NCBI RefSeq assembly: GCF_001412615.1 | Contig: NZ_CP013011.1 | Location: forward strand, 570,001-602,000 | Source of the DNA: Pyrodictium delaneyi | Lineage (GTDB): Archaea; Thermoproteota; Thermoprotei_A; Sulfolobales; Pyrodictiaceae | DNA length: 32,000 bases | Direction: 5' to 3' | Shown here: positions 8,443 to 16,821 of the stretch, one piece after another | Layout of the letters: the number at the start of each line of letters is the position of its first letter | Numbering within the stretch: the first letter of the stretch is position 1 | Notes under the pieces: generated by a model | What the model saw: the letters and a program-made list of their open reading frames with translations, nothing else | What the model was told of the DNA's origin: nothing | The model's database searches: none | Program-made: the position numbers and the translations under genes

Positions 8443-9321
8443 ATGACAACTATGATGCTTTGGCCTTCACAAAGGCGTTTGGAGGTTAGCATAGAATTGG
8501 CAAAGGCTAGGAGGTTCAGTCACCGTACTAGGGTAACTTTATGGGAAGCATATGCTAGGTCTACTATTGAGCATCGATGTTTAGATCCACGCACATGGGC
8601 CACAATTATATCACAAATAGAGGGTATTAAACACATCTATGGATTCATGAATAAGTTTATGTCGCTTGGTTTCGAAAATAGAGTTAGAATTAATGCTATA
8701 GATGTTATAGCTAAAAGGCTTGATAATTTATCTAGACAGTTGATAATAGTTGATGTAGGAAGTGGGCCTGGTGACTCTCTTAAAGCAATATGGAGAAGGC
8801 TTACTAACAGCTATATAGTGGCCATAGATCCGTCGATTTCACTTCTAAGTACAGCATGTAATAATGTTTTATGTGACCGTGTAGTAGGAGTTGCAGAGAA
8901 TCTACCTATACGGAGACATGGAGCAGATATAGTAACATCATTCTATGCTTCGCGCGACTTTCAGTCTCTCTCGGATGCATTGGCATCGATGATTAGTGTT
9001 ACAAGGAGGGGACTCGTTATAGGTGATATTTTTCTACCGAAGCATCCGGTCAAGAAGCTACTTGTGAAGGCATGGGTATGCCGTATAGTTCCTATGCTAG
9101 CTATGCTATTAGCTGGAAAATATTGGAAAAACTACAAAGGATTGTGTGTTACAATAAAGGATTGGTGTGATGTACAAGATGTAAAGACATATCTTAAACA
9201 ATTATCGAAAAGATTTGGTAAACAGCTTATTGTGGAATCTCATAGTTATGTGTTTGGAGGATTAGGGTATGTCGCTGCATTCGTCGAAAAGGAAAGTATT
9301 AGTGGGCATAACTGGAGCTAG
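8443..9321 (+). CDS. UbiE/COQ5-family (demethylmenaquinone-type) SAM methyltransferase-like protein
   Basis: IYGFMNKFMSLGFENRVR resembles the UbiE YD.MN..MS.G.HR.WR box. Motif I is IVDVGSGPGDSL and post-I is VAIDPS. G+C is markedly low, about 30-35% in hand-counted lines. Confidence 0.62.
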   Translation: MTTMMLWPSQRRLEVSIELAKARRFSHRTRVTLWEAYARSTIEHRCLDPRTWATIISQIEGIKHIYGFMNKFMSLGFENRVRINAIDVIAKRLDNLSRQLIIVDVGSGPGDSLKAIWRRLTNSYIVAIDPSISLLSTACNNVLCDRVVGVAENLPIRRHGADIVTSFYASRDFQSLSDALASMISVTRRGLVIGDIFLPKHPVKKLLVKAWVCRIVPMLAMLLAGKYWKNYKGLCVTIKDWCDVQDVKTYLKQLSKRFGKQLIVESHSYVFGGLGYVAAFVEKESISGHNWS

Positions 9322-9850
9322 TGGAATAATCTACGGAGTACGGCTGGCCGAGATCTTATATAACATGAGCCTCCTTGAGGCGATCATCTACACGCGAAGT
9401 GCTGAACGTGTAGCTAAGGAAGAAATGGATAGAACCCTAGATGATATGCTAAGAATAGGGGATGTAAAGGTTTATCGTGAAGATGAAATAGATGCGCCTT
9501 ATGCCAGTAGCAGTCGTATACCGTATGGGGGTATGGTAATTGCGCCTTGCAGTATGCGTACACTTGCTGCAATAGCTAATGGCCTGCCGGATAATCTAGT
9601 AACACGTGCAGCCCTCTCCACATTAAGGCTAAGGCGGCAATTAGTGCTAGTAATTAGGGAAACACCGCTTGGTATTGCAGAGCTGCGTAACATGCTATTG
9701 GCGGCAGAAAATGGTGCAGTAATACTGCCAGCATCCCCAGGATTCTATCATAAGCCTAAGACTATAGATGATATGGTATCATTCGTTGTAGGCAAAGTTC
9801 TTGACGTGCTTGGTATAGAGCATAACCTTTACCATAGGTGGCGTAGCTGA
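9269..9850 (+). CDS. ubiX: Flavin prenyltransferase UbiX
   Basis: KVLVGITGASGIIYGVRLAEIL, MVIAPCSMRTLAAIANGL, LVLVIRETPL and PASPGFYHKP are canonical UbiX/Pad1 motifs. The ATG start overlaps the upstream gene by 53 nt. Confidence 0.88.
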   Translation: MSLHSSKRKVLVGITGASGIIYGVRLAEILYNMSLLEAIIYTRSAERVAKEEMDRTLDDMLRIGDVKVYREDEIDAPYASSSRIPYGGMVIAPCSMRTLAAIANGLPDNLVTRAALSTLRLRRQLVLVIRETPLGIAELRNMLLAAENGAVILPASPGFYHKPKTIDDMVSFVVGKVLDVLGIEHNLYHRWRS

Positions 9851-9930
9851 ACTCAACTCAAGGAACTAAGGTTGTCTTATCTGTAAAATACTCTTTAGAC
9901 ATAAAGTTTGGGCAGTTATGTAGTTGCCTT

Positions 9931-10374
9931 CTAGAGCAAGTCCTCGTCGAACCCATAGCCCTTTTTCCGCATTAGTCTCTCAACACGTGACATGGTCTCT
10001 TCTTCTGCTGCTAATTCTTTCTCGAGATCCTCTATCCTGGTCTCTCTTTGTTGCTTCTCCTTAGCATATAAGCATGTGCCGTCTGGTAGCAATGCCTTTA
10101 GAGTACATGCAGCATATTGGCACGAACCGCCTATACACTCGTCGCCTATCCAGCGGCAATACGCTACACGATGCATCTTGCCGTGAGAAGGCTTCCTTAC
10201 TATTGTCAGTGCATTGTTTAGGCATTTGAAATGTGGGCAGAGAGGATTACACTTTCCGTCAGGAAGAGGTAGCGGTCTAGGCTTTCCTGCTGGACCACCG
10301 CCTCGTGGAGGTCCCCTGCGAGGTGCCCCAGAAGGGTACCGTCCCCGGCGATATGACATGTTCTGCCACCTCAC
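9931..10374 (-). CDS. Conserved-looking hypothetical: RGG/Pro-rich N-terminus, 8-Cys metal-binding-like core, acidic coiled-coil tail
   Basis: The ORF has no large rival ORF, only the 64-aa opposite-strand ORF 9992..10186 inside it. It lies 117 nt downstream of endA on the same strand. The Cys pattern is CX3CX4C...CX6CX4CX4CX10C. ATG 10359 (MSYRRGR) is an alternative start. Confidence 0.6.
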   Translation of the reverse strand: MRWQNMSYRRGRYPSGAPRRGPPRGGGPAGKPRPLPLPDGKCNPLCPHFKCLNNALTIVRKPSHGKMHRVAYCRWIGDECIGGSCQYAACTLKALLPDGTCLYAKEKQQRETRIEDLEKELAAEEETMSRVERLMRKKGYGFDEDLL

Positions 10375-10491
10375 GCTAGAAATACAGTGTTGATGGAAGT
10401 CCAGCTCATCTCTAGGCTTCTCATCTGTCCGGCGCCCTCCGGCAAGAGGGGTAGTGCTGCACCACGGTATGTAGAAAGTTAGACTATCTTA

Positions 10492-11040
10492 TTAGGGCTT
10501 ACTCCACTTAAACATCAAGTACCTTGTCGGCGTCTCACCAGATCCTGTTATAGCTAGTATGAATGCTTTACGCACACTATGACTAAGACGTCCAGCACGA
10601 ACTATACCCAGCGGATCTATCTCTTCGTCAGCCTCTATCACATGTACAAGATAAGGTGCATGGTCTATTCCAGGCCCCTTCTCATAAACAGCAAAATCAG
10701 CACCATATTTTAGTCCTGAGCGTACAATGTAGCCCTTATCCCGCAGCTCCTTGTACACCTTGTAGATTATGTCAAATTTAGGTATAAATCTGCGGGCATG
10801 CGAAGCTATATCCTTGGTACTAAGTTCTCTTCCCTCTCCATCTACTATAGATAGTAATCCCTTTTCAGCAAGGTATATGGCCTCTACGAGCCCTAATTCT
10901 AGGGGAGCAGTAAACTCCGCATCTTTAGGCTTAGGTATGCCTAGAGGCTTGCCGTAGAAGCCTAGACGGTAGAGTTCGCGAGCTTGATTTACATCAAACA
11001 CAATAACGCGTAGCCCTAGGAGTACGCCTCTAAACTTCAT
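10492..11040 (-). CDS. endA: tRNA-splicing endonuclease, catalytic subunit
   Basis: DVNQARELYRLGFYGKP, LELGLVEAIYL and GYIVRSGLKYGADFAVYEKGPGIDHAPYLVHV (catalytic Y/H region), followed by a later SVRK. Confidence 0.9.
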   Translation of the reverse strand: MKFRGVLLGLRVIVFDVNQARELYRLGFYGKPLGIPKPKDAEFTAPLELGLVEAIYLAEKGLLSIVDGEGRELSTKDIASHARRFIPKFDIIYKVYKELRDKGYIVRSGLKYGADFAVYEKGPGIDHAPYLVHVIEADEEIDPLGIVRAGRLSHSVRKAFILAITGSGETPTRYLMFKWSKP

Positions 11041-11216
11041 AACGAATTACCCCTTTTAGCGGTATAGATAGTCATGAAGAGTATGTAATTTTGTACTTTT
11101 TCAGTAAACAGATGAACAGATAGACTAGTTTATATTCGTAAAGGTTTCATGGGTGTAATGTAGGCTCAGATAGGTTTGGGATTGATCCTTCTTGTTAAGG
11201 CTAATGAAATTTATCA

Positions 11217-11915
11217 CTAGTGTCGGGCTACTCGGTATAACGCTAGGAACTTAACATTCTCTGCCGCATCTCTTATTGTGTCGGCCACTTCCTCGATCAT
11301 GTCTACGATATCTCTGAGTAACATCAAAGCTACTAAGTCCTGACGCAATTCGCGGTACATGGAGTACGTCAGTTGGCGATAGAGGTTGTCGACTTCATCT
11401 TCAATGCTTGTAACTAGCTGTGCTTCTTCGTATCCCTTCTTTGGATTGGAGCTGAGAGCTTGGATGGCTACCTCGAGTCTATCAAATTCTTTTTGGATAC
11501 TGTCTGCTATTGACGTCAATAACTCTGATATCGTGTTACTAGTGATGTTAGTATTAGATGCTAAGAGGTATGCTCTATAGGCTATACCTTCAGTCATCTG
11601 TGCCACACGCGTTAAGCTTAGGAATATATCTTTATAGAGTGTACTTGTATTTAGCAAGTCGCCGAGCCGGGCCAGGTAAGTTAGAGCGTCCTCCTTCATA
11701 GACTCCACGCGTTCTTTGGCCTCTTTCACTTTCCTATGCAACTCCTTTAGCTTTCTATCGTCGGCATTGGCCAGCGCTATTACAATCTCTCTCATACTAG
11801 TAATGGTGTCGCTGAGGGCACGAGTTACACCCAGCAATTGCTCATTTAGGCTTTCTTCAGCTAGCGATTGTCGTCTTCTTCTCTCCATATCATAGTCATA
11901 GTACTCTTCGGCCAT
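11217..11915 (-). CDS. DUF47 / PhoU-like helical protein (COG1392-like)
   Basis: All-helical, with the DUF47-like C-terminal signature IEDEVDNLYRQL...LMLLRDIVDMIEEVADTIRDAAENVKFLAL. The ORF is open from TTG 11936. ATG 11915 (MAEEYYDYD) is preferred. Confidence 0.55.
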   Translation of the reverse strand: MAEEYYDYDMERRRRQSLAEESLNEQLLGVTRALSDTITSMREIVIALANADDRKLKELHRKVKEAKERVESMKEDALTYLARLGDLLNTSTLYKDIFLSLTRVAQMTEGIAYRAYLLASNTNITSNTISELLTSIADSIQKEFDRLEVAIQALSSNPKKGYEEAQLVTSIEDEVDNLYRQLTYSMYRELRQDLVALMLLRDIVDMIEEVADTIRDAAENVKFLALYRVARH

Positions 11916-12094
11916 GTGCTCTACCCCGTGGTGCAACCTAGGTAGGATGGAGGTATTAGAATAGTAATGCTGTTATGTCGTGGAGCGTAGTAAATAAGTA
12001 AGTTGTTACAGCTAGGCCTGGCTAGACACTAAAGTGGCAGGAATATAAAGTTAGATCTCATGTAGTGCTGGGATGAAGGGCGAGGGCTAACCCG

Positions 12095-13660
12095 ATGGAG
12101 GCGTTGATAATTGACGCATTAGCGAGGGGTAGCTACGGAAAACGTATGGTAACAGTAGACGCTATTGGTGCAGGACCACGCACTGTTGCTGGCGTCTTAG
12201 AGGGTCTCGGGGTAAATGTAGAACTGACAGTTGCAGAAAAGGTGCTAGAAAAACCTCATATGCTGAGAAAATATGATGCTGTGATGATAAGTGCTATGAG
12301 TATTGACGAGAAAACAGTGGCAAGGATAGTCAAGATGTGGCGTAGGCAGCGAGGGTCCCGCGCAGTAATAATCGGGGGGCCAATAGCGTCTGATCCAGAC
12401 TTCATTCTGCGCGTTGGAGGCGATATAGGTGTCCACGGAGAAGCCGAGCCCGTTATAGAAAAGCTCATAGAGAGCGGTATAGTGGATGAGAAAGGGATAG
12501 ACTATACAAGGCTCAAAGACGTGTGTGGTACAGCCTACGTACTAGATAGTCGGCTCATAGTTAATAAGAGATGTCCTATAATGACACGGCAGATGTGGGA
12601 AAAGTATCGTCCAAGCACTAGGGCTATACAAGGCTATCCGCTCTACTGGGCAGCCAGAGTCTATGTAGAAACTGTACGTGGCTGCAGCAACTACACTATA
12701 CCAGAACTAGCAGAAGTACTCCCGGAGGAGCTGCTACCAGACAAGCCGGTGCCAGGATGTGCGTACTGTAGTGTAATCCCCTTGTGGGGATACGCTAGGA
12801 GCCGTAGTATAGATCTCGTATACAGAGAAGTTAAGGAGCTAATAGACTATGGTGTCCACCGTATCGTGTTAAGTGGTCCAGATTTCCTAGATTATGGTCG
12901 CGACTGGCTCGTAGAGCCGCGTCCTCTTGTCAACCCTCGGAATCCTGGCCCTAACATTCAGGCCATTAGACAGTTACTCCGAAGGCTCACCTCTATACCA
13001 GAAGTGTCTTCAGGCGAAGTCTCCATAATGGTTGAGAATGTTAAGCCAAGCCTCGTGACCGAGGCTGCTGCAGAAACCCTGGGCAAGTACCTTAAAGGAA
13101 CTCCAGTCCATATAGGAGCAGAGACAGGTGATGCCTGGCTCCTGAAGAAACTTGGAAGACCAACGACTATACGTGAAACTGTTGAAGCTGTTAAGAGGCT
13201 TAAGAAGCACGGTCTTCGGCCATACGTCTACATAATGTACTGTCTTCCCGGCGAGACAAGCAAGACCATACAGAAAACTGTAAGACTTATGGAGACATTG
13301 TACCGGGTAGGGGCAGAAAAGATAACAGCGTATAGGTTCATGCCCTTACCACTTTCTGCACTAGAAAAATTAGCAATAGCAGAGATTAGATGCATGTATA
13401 ATCATCCAGTGAAGCAAAAAGCTATAGAGATAAACAAGAGAGCAAAGAAGAGGATGATAGGTAAGAGAGTACGAGTAATAGTTGTAGGTAAACATCCCAA
13501 GCTTGGAAAGTGGATAGGGTACCCGATAAACCATGGACCTGTCGTAGTCATAGAGAATGGCAACAAGGATCTTCGCGAGAAAGATATTGTAACAATTAGG
13601 ATCGTGGGAGTGCCTTCAGACCGTATGGTCGAAGGAGTAATCGTCGAGAAGATGAAATAG
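12095..13660 (+). CDS. Radical SAM enzyme with N-terminal flavodoxin/B12-binding-like domain and C-terminal TRAM-like domain (MiaB/MtaB-like architecture; probable RNA modification enzyme)
   Basis: The core VETVRGCSNY...GCAYCSVIPLWGYARSRSIDLVYREVKELIDYGVHRIVLSGPDFLDYG parallels methylthiotransferase rSAM cores. The C-terminus RVRVIVVG...GPVVVIENGNKDLREKDIVTIRIVGVPSDRMVEGVIVE looks like a TRAM barrel. Confidence 0.8.
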   Translation: MEALIIDALARGSYGKRMVTVDAIGAGPRTVAGVLEGLGVNVELTVAEKVLEKPHMLRKYDAVMISAMSIDEKTVARIVKMWRRQRGSRAVIIGGPIASDPDFILRVGGDIGVHGEAEPVIEKLIESGIVDEKGIDYTRLKDVCGTAYVLDSRLIVNKRCPIMTRQMWEKYRPSTRAIQGYPLYWAARVYVETVRGCSNYTIPELAEVLPEELLPDKPVPGCAYCSVIPLWGYARSRSIDLVYREVKELIDYGVHRIVLSGPDFLDYGRDWLVEPRPLVNPRNPGPNIQAIRQLLRRLTSIPEVSSGEVSIMVENVKPSLVTEAAAETLGKYLKGTPVHIGAETGDAWLLKKLGRPTTIRETVEAVKRLKKHGLRPYVYIMYCLPGETSKTIQKTVRLMETLYRVGAEKITAYRFMPLPLSALEKLAIAEIRCMYNHPVKQKAIEINKRAKKRMIGKRVRVIVVGKHPKLGKWIGYPINHGPVVVIENGNKDLREKDIVTIRIVGVPSDRMVEGVIVEKMK

Positions 13661-13724
13661 CGTGAATTCTGTATAATATGGGTAAGGGTCATATTACATA
13701 GTGTTCCATGTGTAATAATTACGA

Positions 13725-14174
13725 TTAATAGTATCGATCAACTATATCTTGAAGCTTTTCGACAAGCTCGTCAATCTGGCGTAAGTCATCCTCTATAGCT
13801 TCCCTGCTCTCCTCGAGTAGTCTCGCTCCACGCTTAGCGAGGATAAGCGCCTTGTTCAATAAGTCACGTTCGTATTCTGCACCAACTATTATCATGTACT
13901 CGCTCAGTGTTGCAATGTTATCCCTAACTTCTGCAGCAACGCTATCTAGATTAACAGCTCCATTGAGACTGCGAGCTAAACGACGGCGGAGTATACGTAG
14001 CTTACGTATATAGTTGAGTACGAGTGTTTGAAGCTCTTCATCGTCTAAATCTCTGCGCAACCTAACTAATGCACGGTTTAGTGACTTCATTGCACGTGCG
14101 TGCTTGTCTGTTACATCCTCTAGTGTACGTAGCAGCTTGTAAGGATCGATATATTCTACATCCATTTTACGCAC
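13725..14174 (-). CDS. Hypothetical coiled-coil protein
   Basis: A long ORF with a charged heptad-like sequence and no recognisable motif. The ORF starts at GTG 14174, and ATG 14165 is an alternative start. Confidence 0.5.
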   Translation of the reverse strand: MRKMDVEYIDPYKLLRTLEDVTDKHARAMKSLNRALVRLRRDLDDEELQTLVLNYIRKLRILRRRLARSLNGAVNLDSVAAEVRDNIATLSEYMIIVGAEYERDLLNKALILAKRGARLLEESREAIEDDLRQIDELVEKLQDIVDRYY

Positions 14175-14474
14175 CCTGAGCAGACACTCTCTCGTCTATG
14201 TGCTACTATCTAGTTCATAGACATTCAGTTTGTTCGGATTTTCTCACGTAGCATAATGTTGACAAGGCCCTCTAATAGACTCTATCTGTCATGCTCGGAA
14301 GTGCTGGCATGAAGTAATAATGAGGCTCAGAATTGTGGTAGTAAATATAGCAAAGTTACAAAGAGGAAACTGGACGGGTACTGTGTTAGTCCTAGTGTAT
14401 CGATTCGGCGTTGTAAAAACAAGGATGTATGTCATTCGAGCTAAATATTAGAGTATATTTGATGCTAAGTACTT

Positions 14475-14867
14475 CTAGGCTTTGATGGTTCTCACCGTTA
14501 CTATCGTATTATCAGATACGCCGTATTCTGGTAATTTTGCTCCGTTAACCCATACCTCGTTAGGAGGTACACTATCGTCCTTCTCCACCCTATAACGGAA
14601 TTTATGGCGGTGTGCGACAACTATCTCTATGTACTCTCCTTCTCCTATCTCCTTTAGGAGTTCAGGGTTGACCTTAGCTATACCCTCCTTAAGCTCGTCG
14701 TGGAAGCGTAGCCTCACTCTACGTTCGCGCTGCTTCTTCTCTCTGCCTAGCAACTGGGAGGCAGGAGGAATTAGTGCTAGAGCGCTCCGCACGTCTATCT
14801 TCTTGCGGGGAAGCTCCTCCTGCTCTTGCTGCTTCTTAGCCTCCTCAGCACTCATAGATCCCTGCAC
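14475..14867 (-). CDS. Hypothetical protein with Cdc48/VAT N-domain-like (double-psi barrel) C-terminal half
   Basis: LRFHDELKEGIAKVNPELLKEIGEGEYIEIVV resembles the VAT-N pattern (LRV.EA....GIARIDPE.M..LG...GD.VEI). It has a Lys/Glu-rich N-terminus and lies directly downstream of glyS on the same strand. Confidence 0.5.
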   Translation of the reverse strand: MQGSMSAEEAKKQQEQEELPRKKIDVRSALALIPPASQLLGREKKQRERRVRLRFHDELKEGIAKVNPELLKEIGEGEYIEIVVAHRHKFRYRVEKDDSVPPNEVWVNGAKLPEYGVSDNTIVTVRTIKA

Positions 14868-14971
14868 CCTCCAGGTTAGACAATACCATGCATATAGCCA
14901 GGATTAATAGCTGCTGTTTACTCGTACCGGGTTTGTAAAGATAGGTATGAAAACAACTATTCTCCTACATG

Positions 14972-16753
14972 CTACTCTATGGGTTTGCCTAGCTCGGTTA
15001 TGTCTGCACCCTCGATGAACCTTCTAAGGGCATCGACTACACTGTCTACAGGTATTCGTACCTGCTTCCAGGTATCCCGATCTCTCAACGTCACAGTATT
15101 GTCCTCTAGTGTCTGGTAGTCCACGGTGATAGCTGCGGGCACGCCGATCTCATCTACCCGTGCATACCTTCGACCTATACTACCGTCGTCATCATATATA
15201 GCGTACATGCCGTTCTCTAGGATTCTCCACCATATAGACCTGGCTATCTCTACCAGCTTCTCATCCCTGACTATAGGGAATACAGCTGCCTCTATGGGTG
15301 CTATACGTCTGGGTATCCGTAGTACAACTCTGCCATCTTTCTCGCTGTAGGCGTAGTCTAACGTTACAAATAGCAGTCTTTCAACACCGAATGAGGGCTC
15401 GGCTACGTGTGGGATGAATCTCTTCCCTGTAACTTTCTCAACCTTCTCTATGATTTTCACATGTTCTGCAGGTATCTTTACACCGGCTACCTCTATGAAG
15501 CCTTTGTCGCGGAGTATCTTCTCTACTTCGTCAGGGTCAAGGTTCTGTGCAGCCTCTAGTATCTCTCTAGCTCGCTGGCGGAATGTGCGGCCAGCCCAGG
15601 CCCGGTCAATAATCACTACCCGCTTCTTTACCACCTTGGGCTCCTTGAACTGCTTGAAGACGCGTAGGTCTTGACCACTATACTTCATGTGTCTGCTCAG
15701 ATCGTAGTCTGTACGATACGCGTGCCCGGAGACCTCTACCCAGCCTAGCCTGCTAACCTTGACAAGCTGGTCGAAGGTCTGTGCTGCGTAGTGTGCTCTC
15801 TCCTCTGGAGCCTTCTCTTCGAAGTACATATTCTCGTAGGGTACACCGAGCTCCATTATGAAGTCACGGGCCACAGCCATCCAGTAGGCAAGCCATGGTG
15901 TAACTATGATGCCTTCCTCTATAGCTTCGCGTACACCGTATTCTTCGGGCTTGTCAATGCCCTTAGCCTTGGCGTCGGTACGGAGTATGCGTAGCTTCCG
16001 GTGGCTTACACGGTCTAGAAGCTCCTCGAGTATGCCACCGTGCCAAGGATCCTCCGGGTCGAAGAAGAACTCCATCTCAGCTATCGTGAATTCTCTGAGA
16101 CGTATCATTCCCTGTCTAGGTGAGATCTCGTTGCGTGCTACTCTGCCTATCTGCGCGATGCCTAGAGGGAGCCTCTGTCTTGTAACCTCGTGGACCCTCT
16201 TGAATGCTACAAACATGCCTTGAGCGGTCTCTGGGCGAAGGTAGCCGACGTTCTCGCTGTATGGGCCAATAGTAGTCTTGAACAATAGGTTGAAGCTTCT
16301 GACCTCGCCCAGGGGGCCACCGCATACTGGGCAACGTATATTGTGTTCGCGTATAATCCGTGTCATTTCTTCAAGGCTTAGGCCTTCTGCTTTGATGTCC
16401 AGTCTTTCCTCTATCAAGTGGTCGGCCCTAAACTTGCGCCGGCAGTTTAGACACTCGACAATAGGGTCAGTGAAGTGCTCTAGGTGGCCGCTAGCCTCGA
16501 ACACCCGCGCAGGGGCGATTACCGGAGTCTCTATCTCCACTACTATGTGGCTGTGGCGGCGTATGAAATAGTGGCGCCACAGCGCTATTATCTTGTCTTT
16601 AAGTCTTGCCCCCAGAGGACCCAGGTCGTAGAAACCTGCTACGCCGCCGTAGATCTCGTAACTTGGCCAGAAGAAGCCCCTCCTCTTGGCAAGCTCCATT
16701 ACCTGCTCATATCGGTCCTCGCTAGCTATAGAACGTGAGCCCATAGTCTGCAT
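14972..16753 (-). CDS. glyS: Glycine--tRNA ligase (alpha2-type class II GlyRS)
   Basis: YEQVMELAKRRGFFWPSYEIYGGVAGFYDLGPLGARLK, GYLRPETAQG and EPSFGVERL are GlyRS motifs. The ORF is open to 16810. ATG 16753 is preferred because a TATTATA box lies about 34 nt upstream and the product is 593 aa. Confidence 0.93.
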   Translation of the reverse strand: MQTMGSRSIASEDRYEQVMELAKRRGFFWPSYEIYGGVAGFYDLGPLGARLKDKIIALWRHYFIRRHSHIVVEIETPVIAPARVFEASGHLEHFTDPIVECLNCRRKFRADHLIEERLDIKAEGLSLEEMTRIIREHNIRCPVCGGPLGEVRSFNLLFKTTIGPYSENVGYLRPETAQGMFVAFKRVHEVTRQRLPLGIAQIGRVARNEISPRQGMIRLREFTIAEMEFFFDPEDPWHGGILEELLDRVSHRKLRILRTDAKAKGIDKPEEYGVREAIEEGIIVTPWLAYWMAVARDFIMELGVPYENMYFEEKAPEERAHYAAQTFDQLVKVSRLGWVEVSGHAYRTDYDLSRHMKYSGQDLRVFKQFKEPKVVKKRVVIIDRAWAGRTFRQRAREILEAAQNLDPDEVEKILRDKGFIEVAGVKIPAEHVKIIEKVEKVTGKRFIPHVAEPSFGVERLLFVTLDYAYSEKDGRVVLRIPRRIAPIEAAVFPIVRDEKLVEIARSIWWRILENGMYAIYDDDGSIGRRYARVDEIGVPAAITVDYQTLEDNTVTLRDRDTWKQVRIPVDSVVDALRRFIEGADITELGKPIE

Positions 16754-16783
16754 CCTTGGATCAGGGGATGACTTGCAGGGCCC

Positions 16784-16790
16784 TATTATA
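16784..16790. promoter_or_regulatory. TATA-like box (TATTATA) shared by divergent glyS and speB
   Basis: It is the only strong A/T box in the divergent spacer. Its centre is 34 nt from glyS ATG 16753 and 35 nt from speB ATG 16822, which fits two leaderless transcripts. Confidence 0.4.
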
Positions 16791-16821
16791 CTGTCCTGGC
16801 GTAGCCCCATAGTATACGGTT

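Noticed and set aside
9269-9321. The 53-nt overlap between the UbiE-like gene and ubiX considered as a sign of frameshift or gene fusion
   Set aside because: Both ORFs have complete domain motifs and independent start and stop codons, and ubiX could also initiate at GTG 9302. The overlap is better explained by insertion of the low-GC gene, which is reported as a separate finding.
13661-13724. Short inverted repeat (TAATATG ... CATATTA) between the convergent rSAM-TRAM and coiled-coil genes, considered as a bidirectional terminator
   Set aside because: It is only a 7-bp AT stem with no adjacent oligo-T tract, which is too weak to call in a hyperthermophile.
14289-14435. 48-aa minus-strand ORF (MTYILVFTTPNRY...FAIFTTTILSLIITSC...) in the 300-bp AT-rich spacer. 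It could be a small membrane peptide.
   Set aside because: It is short, has no SD or TATA at an appropriate distance, and its Thr/Ile-rich sequence is what AT-rich DNA yields by chance.
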